A stretch of DNA of 64,000 nt, from assembly GCF_006345805.1 (NCBI RefSeq), contig NC_043010.1, positions 21,638,001-21,702,000 on the forward strand. The letters are read 5' to 3'. Every line of letters starts with the position of its first letter. The first letter of the stretch is position 1. The translations under genes were made by a program, and so were the position numbers. This stretch comes from Octopus sinensis (Eukaryota). Under the pieces are notes generated by a model. That model was given only the letters and a program-made list of their open reading frames with translations. It was not told the DNA's origin and ran no database searches. Shown here one piece after another: positions 43,636 through 56,727 of this stretch.

Positions 43636-45036
43636 TTACGGTTGGGACAGGGAGCATGACAGTTTAAATCTGCATGCTTCCCCTTCTTCCTCCCTTGTGG
43701 AAGTAGCTGCAGGGCTCTTAACCGGCGTTGCCATCGGGCTCTGGGTAGGTGTGGTTGCCGGGGTTATAGTAAGTTTGCCCTCCAGTATTTCGTTAGTTAC
43801 GTCTCTGATAAGGTTATTTTTTAAATGTTCTGGGAGTGTTTTTTCCTTCCACTCGTCTTCCTTTATTTTTGCAAAACGAGTGGTCGACTTAGTGTTTGCA
43901 GACTTACTGAATAATTTCAGTTTTGAAAATTTAAAATACTTAAACACTCTATCGTTCCTCTCGTCGAATGCTACAATCTTTTCATTTTTTTAAATCAATT
44001 TTTTCCAATCTTGTTTTATGGGGAGGGGCTTGGCGAACTGTGTTCCAATGAATACAGTGCCGTGGGGGTAGGGCTGGGGAATTTGTTTTGTATGTATTTC
44101 TGCGGTGTTTGCTGATTTTCTCTTTGTTTGGGGAGGAGAGTCCAGGGTATTTTCTTTTTTTCTTTTGTGTGTCACCTGTGTAAATTCCATTTGTTCATTT
44201 TCATCTTCCGTTTCGATTCACTTCCTTGTCGCAGTCTTGGGGTCTTTTTCCGCCTTTTCTTTTTCTGTGTTTGAAGCACTTTGAGGAGGGGCTTCGCTTT
44301 TTTCTTTTTTTTTTATGCAGTTCGAACGGACGTGAGCCTTTTCACCACATTTGAAACACCTAGGTCTGCGCCCCTCCACTGACACTCTCATTGAAATTCC
44401 CTCCTCAATAAATACCCTATCGGGTAAGTTTTCTAGCACAATTATTTTCTGCTTGAACGAGGAGTTCGAGCGCTTGTCCCTTCCAGTTTACCCCCTCTTT
44501 CCTTTTCATCTGCAGAATTGAGACTTTCTGCTCTACGTCGTGCAGAACCGCCGCTGCTACCCACATTATATCATATCCTCTTGGAATGTCTTCCACATAT
44601 AGTTTCGCAGTTCTTTTGCCCATATATGTAGGTAGTAACATGATGTCCTCACTTTTTAAGGTCATCGATGAAATCTCTCTTGCCACATCAGCCGAGTTGA
44701 AATGTGCTTCAACGGTAGCGCTGCGGGCACCTCGACCGACGTAGCGAATTTTGCTCCACACCGAGGACAAGCACTTCTCTACTATTTCGTTCTTCACGTC
44801 CATTATTTTTTCTCTTTGTTACTGTAAACCTCGTACACGACTGTCTTGGCCTTTATTTCCTGTAATATTGCTTGCGGCGGTACCAGTTTTATTTCGTTGC
44901 CTTCCTTTTTGACCAAGTTCCGGTATTCGAACAACTGTTCTATTTTGAATTCCACTTCCGTTACGGTACCTTCTGTTCGCCTTTTCCCATCACAGGAAAG
45001 CCGCTCCTCGACTCCAAGTCGAACTCCATTTCTCAA
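43636..45036 (-). pseudogene. LINE ORF1 (gag-like nucleic-acid-binding protein), disrupted
   Basis: ORF pieces join across homopolymer frameshifts and one TGA. Zinc knuckle CFKCGEKAHVRSNC; Lys/Glu- and Pro/Thr-rich C-terminus. Confidence 0.8.
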
Positions 45037-45409
45037 ATTATGAGAACCAATTTTTCAAGAAAAAAAAAAAATTACCCTGAAGGTAATAACAATGTTTATA
45101 CACAGAATTTTCAGCCCCGTAGGGCGAAAATTACTGTCACGCAACGGACAACTGTTCAATTCACGAGCAAACACAAACAACGACGAACAAAAAACGAACT
45201 CACTCAACAAAATAGGCAGCTAACTTCTCTATACGCAGATGAAAGAGGGGTCCCTAGACGAGTCAAAACACCGGTTTACGATGAAAGGAAAGCCTGTTTG
45301 CAAATACTTATGGGTTTTTCTAGTAACTTCCGTCACTGATTTCGAAAAACTGTCTGCAAGCAATAATAAATCTCTGAATGAGATGTAAACAGTAACCGCT
45401 CGACAACGT

Positions 45410-45675
45410 AAAGTATACTAGCCATCTCAATATGGCTAACCACTAAGGGTGGGTGTTACGGTGATTACCGTACGTTGACAAGAGGCAAATACCTCGAAAC
45501 TGCAGTTCGTGCGTATCGCTTAGGTTTACGAGAGAGGAATAACCTCCCTTTGCAAATATCATAGGGCACAGAAAGTGTGCCTAAAGCCAGTTGGAGACGA
45601 TGATCTCTTGGGGCTAAAAGCTACAGTAACACCCACCCTTAGTGGTTAGCCATATTGAGATGGCCAGTATACTTT
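45410..45675. mobile_element. Short element copy B with 50 bp terminal inverted repeats (MITE-like)
   Basis: 45410-45459 (AAAGTATACTAGCCATCTCAATATGGCTAACCACTAAGGGTGGGTGTTAC) versus 45626-45675, 1 mismatch. No clear TSD. Confidence 0.75.
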
Positions 45676-46077
45676 CGTAAAAGATGGAAGTATATAGCAA
45701 GAATGTTGCGAGTGAAAGAACCTATTTAAACGAGAATATAAAAAGGAGAAAGCAAAGTCTTTCGTGTGAGTATGTGATTTGTGGGGTCAACCGCGTCCTC
45801 CGCTTCACTTTTTGTCAATCACTTATTCTCATTTAATTGTATATATTTTAATTGTTTGTTTATTCATACGTTTCGTCTCATGCGATACCCTGACCTCAAT
45901 GTTTGTTTTGTCTGTCCCCTCTTTTTCTCAGCCTTATGGTGAATAAAGAAATTCTCTCTCTCAGTCTCTTTGCCTATCCTTTCAACTACACCAGACGCCC
46001 CAGCACGAAACAGGTTTTGTGTCTCTCTCTGTCTTCCCCTCCACCTCTCACTTTTTCTTAATAGCACACCACAAAGC

Positions 46078-46123
<46 letters not shown>

Positions 46124-46149
46124 AATACGCATGTACGTACGTACATATA

Positions 46150-46830
46150 TATGCCTGCAAGACCAAACCTGACGACATTGACCACATTATGTCCAGTTGT
46201 GAGAGAATGTCTTCCAGATGTTATCCTCCTATGACGTATGATGCAGTGGCTGAGACAGTTCAGAACAGGATCACAGAAGAAGGAAATGCCTGCAGACGAT
46301 GTTGGCTATATTGAGACCGATGGGTCAAAAGAAGATTAGCGGAACTCAAAAACTGAAACAACTACATTCATGGACAAGTGATAAGGCGTTTGCCAATCGA
46401 GAACCCAAGATATACTTTCAGCTTTATATTTATCATTATTAGAGCAACAGGTCACAACCCCAACCTGTCTGGCGCAAAGTTTAGCTGAACCAGCTTCCTT
46501 GAGGAATGCACATAATTCCTTAATTTTTAATGCTTTATTGTCCGGGGGATAAGCATAGAGGAGACAAACAAGGACAGACAAATGGATTAAGTCGATTACA
46601 TCGACTCCAGTGAGTAACTGGTACTTATTTAATCGACCCCGAAACAATGAAAGGCAACGTCGACCTCGGCAGAATTAGAACTCAAAACGTAACGGTAGAC
46701 GAAATACCGCTAAGCATTTTGCCCCGCGTGCTAACGATTCTGCCGGCTCGCCGCCTAATAAACAACTGATCACGACATCTGGGACAATAACAAATCTGCA
46801 CGATTTAAAGGATGGACAAAACAAGGTACT
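46150..46830 (+). pseudogene. Dong/R4-type LINE fragment interrupted by an S1 SINE
   Basis: KTKPDDIDHIMSSCERMSSRCY..YDAVA (zinc-knuckle region) and YTFSFIFIIIRATG. Confidence 0.6.
46540..46760 (-). mobile_element. SINE family S1
   Basis: Ends CGTGCTAACGATTCTGCCGGCTCGCCGCC, the reverse complement of the S1 head. Confidence 0.85.
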
Positions 46831-47199
46831 TCCCTTCACAATCTTGCTCCCAAACAGGGTCCGATCAAAATTTATTTTAAATTAAAAAGTGAAAGAGAAT
46901 AACCAGTCACTCATCTGGGAAGCCCTTGAAATCAATGTTACCATGTGGGGACTATGTGTGACCCAGTGATCATAAAAAGACTGAAAGGAGATCTACAATA
47001 AAATAACGTTACTTAACACTTTGCAACTGGATCAGTGGAGGCAAAGATGCTTCTCATTTACTTGGCAATTTATGCAGCACATTGCAGAAATCACAATCTA
47101 AGTGTATGTTAAAGCAAACTCTTACACTGTTGTACCATTGAATTACAAATAATGCTCATCTTCTATGCTCGGATGATTCCACAGCTTCCAAGAGTACAA

Positions 47200-47860
47200 C
47201 TATTCGTCTTTGCTTAGATAAAATGACAAAATTGTGGGTGTTAAGTCCCCATGAAGGCGTCTTTCTAACTTGTAAGAAGGTGAAATTTTATAAATATTAC
47301 TTCATTTGTATCTAATATCTATGGTTAAAATTTCATTAACAGCAAAAATATATGAATTGTCATGGGGGTTGTGGCCCTTATGCATAGAATATAATTTCCA
47401 AATTTCGTAAAGAGCCATTCAGTACGTTTGACTTAGTTTGGGATCATAAAAGAAATGACTAAAATTTGGGAGTTAAGGCCCACATTAGGGTGTCTTAGAA
47501 TCCTCATGTGAAGTGGAAGCTTTGAGAATACTTGTTGATGTGTGTCAATTACCCATGGTTGGAATTTCATGAACATCGAAATTTATGAATTTTCATGGGG
47601 GGTTCTTCCCCCTTTAAGCCATCTGAAATTCAAACCAAACATATTGCATTATACCCGCCCTTATGCATTGAATCTTAGTTTCAAATATCATAAGGATCCA
47701 TTCAGTAATTTTGGTCCATGAAATTGTATGAAACACACAGCATTACCTTTCTCCCTAGGTTTCGATTTTGTATTCCAAATTTCATCATGATCGGTGCAGC
47801 AGTTTTCGAATGTATAAGTAACACACGAACACATAAAGACTTTGTCTTTGATATAATAAA
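47200..47860 (+). mobile_element. Possible Helitron/Helentron-type non-autonomous element
   Basis: Internal imperfect repeats and a 3' end AAATTTCATCATGATCGG..CAGTTTTCGAATGTAT..ACAC..TATAAT. A similar end occurs at 49080-49185. Classification is by resemblance only. Confidence 0.35.
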
Positions 47861-48038
47861 TATGAATGTACACATATACATACATGTATATATATGAGTG
47901 TGTTTTGGAACGAAGTTTTTTTACCACACAGCCACACCTGCACCTATATATATATATGTGTGTGTGTGTGTGTTCGCTTATGTATACACACACACACACA
48001 CAACGAAAAATTGTGTGGGCAAACAAATGTACACATAT

Positions 48039-48074
<36 letters not shown>

Positions 48075-48209
48075 CTGTGTGTGTGTGTGTGTGCGCGTGT
48101 ATTATATAAATATACATATATATATTTATACACACACACAAAGATAAATTGATAGATACAACTGAGTGGGCAAAGTAAAATGAGACACAACGTAGTGCTT
48201 TTTTATGTT

Positions 48210-48515
48210 GATCAGCCTGGTACTTATTCTATCAGTTTCTTCTTGTGAAACCAGTAAGTTATGGGGATGTAAATAAACGAACAAAAGTGGTGAGGTAGTG
48301 ATGAGGGAGAAACACAAAGACACACACACAGACTTACATACATGCATTTATATACGATAGATTTCTTTCAGTTTCTGTCTACAAAATACACTGACAAGGC
48401 TTTGGTTGGTTTGAGGCTATAGCAGAAGACACATGCCAAGTCACTACACAGTGGGACTGAACCCAGGACCATGTGTTTTGGAACCAAGTTTGCTACCACA
48501 CAGCCACACCTGCAC
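48210..48515 (-). mobile_element. SINE family S2
   Basis: Reverse complement of the S2 head and body. Confidence 0.75.
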
Positions 48516-48589
48516 CTATGTATGTGTGTGTGTATGTGTGTATATATGTGAATATATATGCGTACATATTACATGTACATCTCTCTCTC

Positions 48590-48620
<31 letters not shown>

Positions 48621-49177
48621 TTATATATATATAGATATATCTACACATATACCTGTATACAGAAAAGGATATACACACATACACACACACACATATATAT
48701 AAGTCCAGCTGTGGCTGTGTGGTAACAAACTTCGTTCCAAAATACATGGTCCTGGGTTTAAATTTAATTTTAAAATAATAAGGGTGAGAAATTGAATATT
48801 AATTTCATTAATATGAATTAAAAACCAGTGGCGTAGCATGTAAGACCATAGTGGATCTTCTTCTAGCAAAATTGGTGTCCACTGTTAATGGTTCATCCCT
48901 CTTATATAATAGTTTGACTTTAATAGCTTCAGTATTAAAGTGAATGTATCTGACATTACAATAGAGAGGTGTTTTTGTTTCACTTTTAACACGTAATAGT
49001 GAAATAGTGGAGAAGATATGATATTGCTGTGGGCTCGCCCTAGGCAAGAAGTTAGAAATTGTTTTGCCCATGACACTACATGGACCCTAAGTAAGGCATG
49101 TGTAAAATTTGAATGAATTTGGTTGTGTAGTTCTCAAGTTTTAGGGATTCACTCAGACAGACACACATTCTCAGTTT

Positions 49178-49267
<90 letters not shown>

Positions 49268-49578
49268 TATACACACATATATATACACGACGGGCTTCTT
49301 TCAGCTTTCTTCTACAAATTCTACTCACAAAGCTTTTGGTCGGCCCGAAGCTATAGTAGAAGACACTTTTATAAAAACCAGGAAATTAATTTTTCTTCTA
49401 ATGTAATTAAATAATAGATTCCCAAATTATTTAAAATATAATTTAAAATGCAATATTTCACCCCAGTTTTCAATTAAAATCCAGATAATAATTACAAACA
49501 CTAAATTTAATGGGTCGATTCCTAATTAAGATGTGCGGTATTTTATCTATCGGAGGTAGCATCATTATATATACACTG

Positions 49579-49760
49579 GAAGGCGGCCAACTGGCTGGAT
49601 CGTTTGCATGCTGGGCGAAATGCTTAGCGATATTTCGTCTGCCGCTACGTTCTGAGTTCAAAATACGATGCGGTGGACTTAGCCTTTCATTCTTTCGGGG
49701 TCGATTAAATGAGTAGCAGTTACGCACTGGCGTCAATGTAACCAACTTAATTCCTTCCCC
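49579..49760 (+). mobile_element. SINE family S1, diverged
   Basis: GAAGGCGGCCAACTGGCTGGATCG..GGGCGAAATGCTTAGCG..CCTTTCATTCTTTCGGGGTCGAT. Confidence 0.8.
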
Positions 49761-50269
49761 TTATGGCAAAATTTGAAATAATTATATATACACTAGGTTA
49801 GAAAACCAACACTGTAATTTATGAATCAAAATTCGCATGGACACAACGGAGGAAAAATAGAATGTGACGTTATGGGATTTAAATATTTAAAAAGTGGTGG
49901 AAGAGAGTGATTGACCATTGTTTTATGTATACTGTGATAAGATCGAAAAGCAAAAGTAGATGCATTATGTCACTATACACTAAAGAATGAGACAAATGCG
50001 TATCCCCACGTGGACACAAGGAATGCTCACAAAGCTTTAAGATGTCAGTGTTACCGTGAACAACATTTAGTTTATCGTCTCCAAAACGAAGCACAGGGAA
50101 ATAAACCAACAGAAGATAATAAACATTAATTAACAACAAATATTCCTACGTACTAATTAATCAAGTTAATCAATAATAAAAACATCAGCATGGCCACCTG
50201 AGAAAAACACAAATTTCACATTTCATATTAGTTTGAAATTTTAGCACAAGAACAGTGAAACCGAGACGG

Positions 50270-50445
50270 GAGTGGTGTAATTCGATTACATCGACCCCAG
50301 TGATCAACTGGTACTTACTTTATGAATTCCGAAAGGATTAAAGGCAGAGTCTAGCGCGGCAGAATTTGAACTCAGAAAATAAGGATGGACGAAATGCCGT
50401 TAAGCATTTTGTCCGACAAGCAAACGATTTTGCCAGGTCTCAGCC
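50270..50445 (-). mobile_element. SINE family S1, diverged
   Basis: ACATCGACCCCAGTG..CTGGTACTTA..GAATTTGAACTCAGAA. Confidence 0.75.
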
Positions 50446-50598
50446 TTGATTACACATGTAATATTGATTATGTGGAGGCGCAATGGCCCAGTGTTTAGGG
50501 CATAGGTCATAGGGTCGCGGTTGCGATTCCCAGACCGAGCGTTGAGTGTTCCTTCTAGCATTTTTGTTATTTAGTATACGTGTCTATATATCTATGTC

Positions 50599-50695
<97 letters not shown>

Positions 50696-51959
50696 GTGAG
50701 TGTATGCACGTATGTATGTATATATCTATCTATCTAGGGAAACCACGAGGCTAATATAACGTGCTAGTAAGTGCTTGGATAGATTTTCGATTTCACCCGA
50801 CTAACACATCGCTAGAAATATATGTTCCCATACATATGTTAGATATGATTATATTTCTAGCATTCTATAAAACCCTCAACAGAGAGACTGTGAGTTGTGT
50901 AACAAAGAATATGATAGAGTTCATATGTATATATGCATTTATTTATTTATTGTAGCAGATGTAACAACTATGAAAAAGATGAATTATTATTTCGTTGATA
51001 AATGGAAATATTGTCACTAATTTATCGCACAACCACTCTGGACAAATCCCTATTTAGTCTAAAATTATGATGTTTTCTAAAGATATATTCCTTTAAATTC
51101 CTGCAAAAATTTTGTATCTGAAACTATAGTGAAGCTGCCATGATAAATGTTACTCAGTCTAGATTTGATACTGCAGTATATATTTACGTAAGAGGAGATA
51201 CTAAAATTGATAGATGGATACCATAAATATTCATGAGTACATGAAGACATTTCAATGGAAAATGTATAAACACAGCAGATTTATTTTGCCATCGGCACTT
51301 ACAGTATTGCATGGATTTATAATTCTCTGAAATCAGGCAACAGCAAAGCAGATGAGGGCATAGTGTATCTGAAATTTGTGATATCACCAACGTTTCCATG
51401 GATATCTCATGTTGGTATCAGTGCATCTCATATTCAATGCGTGTTTGTATCTTATAAACAGATGGAGCTCTCACTTCTTTTGCGTCGGTTTACTTTGCGA
51501 TATATGAATGTTGTTACACAATTGTGTGATTCTATCAGGACTTTGAAACAATATCGCCCTGTTTCCTATTTTATCTCAGCTATTTACAATACTGCAAAAT
51601 CATTTTTGTAGTTTAGATAACCTGTTGGCCTTTTATTTCATTCATTGTTCTATATCTGATATTAAGATGTCGCCATAGTAACGTCGTTTTCATGTTGTAA
51701 GAGAATGTATGGTTTCACATTAATAAGCTTTAACTGGAATTTAAAGAAGCCCTGCAGTGATTTAAGAATCATTATTAGCAGGAATATACCTGAAATCAAC
51801 ACATTGCTAACAATATTCTAGGCCTTAAGGAGAAACATGTCAAGATAGAGTGACTGACGTATTAATTCCTGACTCCAGTTCTTCAGATACATGAAGTCTT
51901 ATTCCCTCAAAATAAACAATTCGGAAATAATTTAAATGAGGAAATGTATCTTTCATCTT

Positions 51960-52272
51960 TATTTTGTTGTTGTTTGTTTCAGTAATTAGACTGCAGCCAA
52001 GGTGGAGCACTGCCTTGAAGGAATTTAGTCAAATGAATCGACGCCAGTACTTATTCATTTTAAGCTTAGTACTTTTTCTTTCGCCGAACTGCTAAGTTAC
52101 GGGGATATGAACACACCAACATCGCTTGTAAAGCGAGATAAGCACAAGAAAAAACACACATACATGCACATAAACTCACTTATAAATGCATGTACGATTA
52201 GCTTCTTTCAGTTTCAGTCTACAAAACCCGTTGACAAGCCTCTGGTCGGTCCGAGGCTATAGTAGAAGATAG
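51960..52272 (-). mobile_element. SINE family S2
   Basis: TGTTTCAGTAATTAGACTGCAGCC..CGCCGAACTGCTAAGTTACGGGG..CTTCTTTCAGTTTC..GAGGCTATAGTAGAAGA. Confidence 0.75.
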
Positions 52273-52480
52273 TTGTCTAAGTGGAGTCTTGTGGAGTCGT
52301 CAAATTCTTGTGGAGTCGTCTTGTGGACTCTAGTGGAGTCGTCAAATTGAAGTTCAATTTGAAGACTCCCTTAGAGTCGACGAAAACGCTAATATATATA
52401 TGATTGATAAAACCATGTAACACACTTATAAATATCAGTAAATATAAAACCATCCAGATTTCTGAGTACCTCATTTCTTC

Positions 52481-52526
<46 letters not shown>

Positions 52527-52540
52527 CATACATATATACG

Positions 52541-52750
52541 TATTTTAAAATAGTGTACATTAAACACAAAGGAAAACTACTCTTTACGAAGTTTTTTTTA
52601 CATGCTAGAAATAGCAGGTAGTTTTGTTAGAGGGTAGTTTTCTTTCCTGTTTAAATGTACACTATTTTAAAATATGAATATGTTGTATATGGACTATTTA
52701 TACATGCTAGGCCAATGGGGGTGATATGTATAAGGAATATTCGCTACCCT
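52541..52750 (+). mobile_element. Hairpin-plus-tail element in (TA)n, related to the 62436 family
   Basis: Arms ~52541-52583 / ~52629-52673. The tail GAATATGTTGT..TATACATGCTAGGCCA..GAATATTCGCTACCC matches 63019-63091. Confidence 0.7.
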
Positions 52751-52762
52751 ATATATATACCT

Positions 52763-52804
<42 letters not shown>

Positions 52805-53160
52805 ATATTGATATATATATATATATAATATTGATATATTGCTTGTAAACTTAATATCCTTATAACTTTCATAAATATCTGTTAATATATTATATTCTAT
52901 ATTTTGTATACTATTTATATTGAATAACAGAATACATCAAATATTATTAATAATAATATTAGTAATAACTGAATATTTACATGTGCTCATGGATGTAGAT
53001 GTGTATGTATATTTCAGTATATATAAGTAGTTATGTATAACTGTATATGTATGTATATTTATATATCTCTCTCTATATATATATATTCAAATGTGTGTAT
53101 ATTTTGTTTATTTCATATTTATATCTATTATTATAACTTAACAGTTGTACTTAATGATCT

Positions 53161-53262
53161 CTGATGAATCCTAGAGATATATACAAGTACCTCATGTTCA
53201 CAATCCACTTGAGTAATATAGGTAGAATGAGGTATTTTTATATAGTGGCTGAAGCAGCTGTA
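53161..53262 (+). ncRNA. Degenerate long-stem-II hammerhead
   Basis: CTGATGA-ATCC..TACCTCAT/ATGAGGTA..GGCT-GAAG-CAGCTGT-A. The conserved A15.1 is mutated to G and stem I does not pair. Confidence 0.4.
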
Positions 53263-53481
53263 ATTTATTTTACCAATTTATATTCATGTCTTGTATAATA
53301 ATTACTGGTATCCTTATATTTTACTATATTTTATATCTTATATCTTATATGCAAAGAATAAAATGCTATATGTATGTATGTTATAATTATCAGTTTAATA
53401 AATAAATAATTTAACATTTTAATGTCCAAAAGTTGATGAACCACCTATTATTCTCCCCCATTTTTTATTTGCTATATATAC

Positions 53482-53518
<37 letters not shown>

Positions 53519-53519
<1 letters not shown>

Positions 53520-53900
53520 GTCAAGGGCAACTAAAACAGGAAGGAAAAGAAAAGAGAAAATAAGGAATAAAAAATAACGTTTTTTTCATCAGTTATTCAC
53601 TGAATTCAGAGGCTAAAAGTGACAATGTTTAACCAAGTAATCATCAAAGACGTTTCTGATCTCAGAGAATCAAACAGATGTGCGTATCGGCTAAAAGAAA
53701 CATTCAAATGAAGGTAGAGATTGATTTCTACAAATTAGGATGACAGATTTACACTTCGCCCGCCATAGATGGATGTGAGCTTATATGAGTACATACGTTC
53801 ATTTAAGCATACATACACACGCACACGCAAATACACACAAATAATACGTATGTACATATATGCATATACATGTATGTAGGTATGGATGTGTATATAATAT

Positions 53901-53969
<69 letters not shown>

Positions 53970-54465
53970 TGATAGATAGATAGATAGATAGATAATAGAG
54001 AGATAGCTACATAGAGACAGAGGGACAGAGAAAGGGAATTATATAGACCTGGCTATCAGCAGGCGCACTAACAATCGCGTACGCACAAACCACACGCACA
54101 TATATATGTCATAAAGACGTTATGATTAAGAAGGAAACAGTAGCTTTAGTAAAGATGTAGGTAGAAATGTAAAAAAGAGAAACCATAGAGTTTTACCAAC
54201 GTTACTAATTTATAGAATTGATATCCCGAAATAAAACAATATCTGTTTCAACACATGATTCACATCAGGAATCTTGCAAAACGAATGATATAATATAATA
54301 TATATATATATATATATATGTATATACATAGATATTATACTTATATATACAATATGAATGTATGTATATATTATTATTTTTATTATTTGATTGAACGCCA
54401 CGCATCCATTTCCAAGTAAGTATATACATACAAACATATATATATATATATGTATGTATATATAA

Positions 54466-54514
<49 letters not shown>

Positions 54515-54878
54515 TACATATATCATATATATATACATATATATCAATTCGTTTTGCAAGATTCCTGATGTGAAATCATGTGTTGAAACAGATATTGTTT
54601 TATTTCGGGATATCAATTCTATAAATTAGTAACGTTGGTAAAACTCTATGGTTTCTCTTTTTTACATTTCTACCTACATCTTTACTAAAGCTACTGTTTC
54701 CTTCTTAATCATAACGTCTTTATGACATATATATGTGCGTGTGTTTGTGCGTACGCGATTGTTAGTGCGCCTGCTGATAGCCAGGTCATATAATTCCCTT
54801 TCTCTGTCCCTCTGTCTCTATGTAGCTATCTCTCTATTATCTATCTATCTATCTATCTATCACTCTCTCTCTCTCTCT

Positions 54879-54928
<50 letters not shown>

Positions 54929-55302
54929 CACATCCATACCTACATACAATGTATATGCATATATGTACATACGTATTTATTTGTGTGTATTTGCGTGTGC
55001 GTGTGTATGTATGCTTAAATGAACGTATGTACTCATATAAGCTCACATCCATCTATGGCGGGCGAAGTGTAAATCTGTCATCCTAATTTGTAGAAATCAA
55101 TCTCTACCTTCATTTGAATGTTTCTTTTAGCCGATACGCACATCTGTTTGATTCTCTGAGATCAGAAACGTCTTTGATGATTACTTGGTTAAACATTGTC
55201 ACTTTTAGCCTCTGAATTCAGTGAATAACTGATGAAAAAAACGTTATTTTTTATTCCTTATTTTCTCTTTTCTTTTCCTTCCTGTTTTAGTTGCCCTTGA
55301 CA
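53519..55302. repeat. ~770 bp inverted duplication around a ~250 bp (TA)-rich spacer
   Basis: 53519-~54291 is the reverse complement of ~54541-55302. The differences seen are almost all 1 bp indels. Confidence 0.95.
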
Positions 55303-56635
55303 GATGACTAATGAAAGACTTCGAAATTACAAGTTACTTACATTATGTCAGATCAAATATCGTCAGCCAGAACAAAAATATGTGGAAAATGGATATTTTT
55401 CTTTCTTTCATGAGCAATGATGATCGATAGTTTTCTGGTTCTAATATAGCTGCGTTTGCCGTGTATTTTCAATGGAATGCAAATTGCTCTACTTAATTTA
55501 CCCGTGTCACAGTTCTTATGTCCGAGGAGTGCCCAGAAATTTGAAATCTCAAGTGAGTTCGCATTAAACGATTCTACAACGTTAAATCTAATGGTAAAAT
55601 TAAATTTCATTGAGGACAACCTCGATGAACTTGCACTAAAATAAAAAGAGCAAATATACAAGTTCTTCGCACTTAACTCCATATATATTTTTTCTCTAGC
55701 GTGAACATTTTTTTAGCAGCTTGAGCCGATGCATAGATGGCAGACAGAGAGAAGAACACAAGGGTTGATGTAATACATGCTCAAATATATGGCATCGTAA
55801 TACCAATCTAAATACTATTAAGCATAGAATCACTACCGTTGCATCAGAAATGTACGTTCGCCAGACAATAAATATCAACAGCTATTATTAGTAATAGTAG
55901 TAGTAGCGGCAGCAGCAATTGTATTAGTAGTAGTATTATTATTAGTAGTAGTAGTCTTTCTAGATCCCTACCACATTACGATTATAAATAAAAACTTGTG
56001 AAAATAATTCAGTGGAAGCCATCGCATGAGAAACTACGCGGAAGTAAATTCTAACACACTTAATCCAGAGATCTTCAGAAAGCGAAATAAAATTAATTAT
56101 ACGGTGAGAAAAAGAAAATCTCACCACCATTTTTAGTCAATGATTAATTTTGTGGAAACTTTATAGATGTGGTTTTTTTAATGAGTGCAGCGTCTCTATG
56201 AAACGAAATTATATTGTTCTAGTCTTGTACATTACTTAGTGATTCTTTCATCCTTTTATCAATACTTTGATAACGGGGGAAATGTTGCGTTTCAATTATG
56301 TTGCTAGAACAATACAAAATATGGCAGCAGTGGTCCCTGGTATGTCGAAAAAAGAAAGAAATAATATAATTGTACGAAACTTCATTTTCAATTTTGTTCT
56401 CCGTAATATTGTGCGCTATTTATTTTAGCATTAAATTAATTATTATGTTGATGAGGATACATTTACTAAGACAAAAGAACTCTGTCTTAAATATGACGTG
56501 TGTTTTCATCGTTAAATATCCAACGAATTAAAACGTTGATTGGAACAATCGCTTTAAATATAATCGCACCTGCACACAGACATGCAAACACACACATAAG
56601 TATGGACATATATTAAGTTATACACACACGTAAAT

Positions 56636-56724
<89 letters not shown>

Positions 56725-56727
<3 letters not shown>

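Larger units (their letters stand above)
39964..45400 (-). mobile_element. Full-length decayed Tx1/L1-clade non-LTR retrotransposon
   Basis: 5' UTR, ORF1 with CCHC knuckle, ORF2 APE-RT-zinc finger, and a 3' UTR with AATAAA near 39980. Confidence 0.9.

Noticed and set aside
55456-55644. ORF ending DSTTLNLMVKLNFIEDNLDELALK, and the 57881-58234 ORF (EALREEIHDLQQQ)
   Set aside because: Protein-like composition, but no recognisable family and no convincing splice pair.
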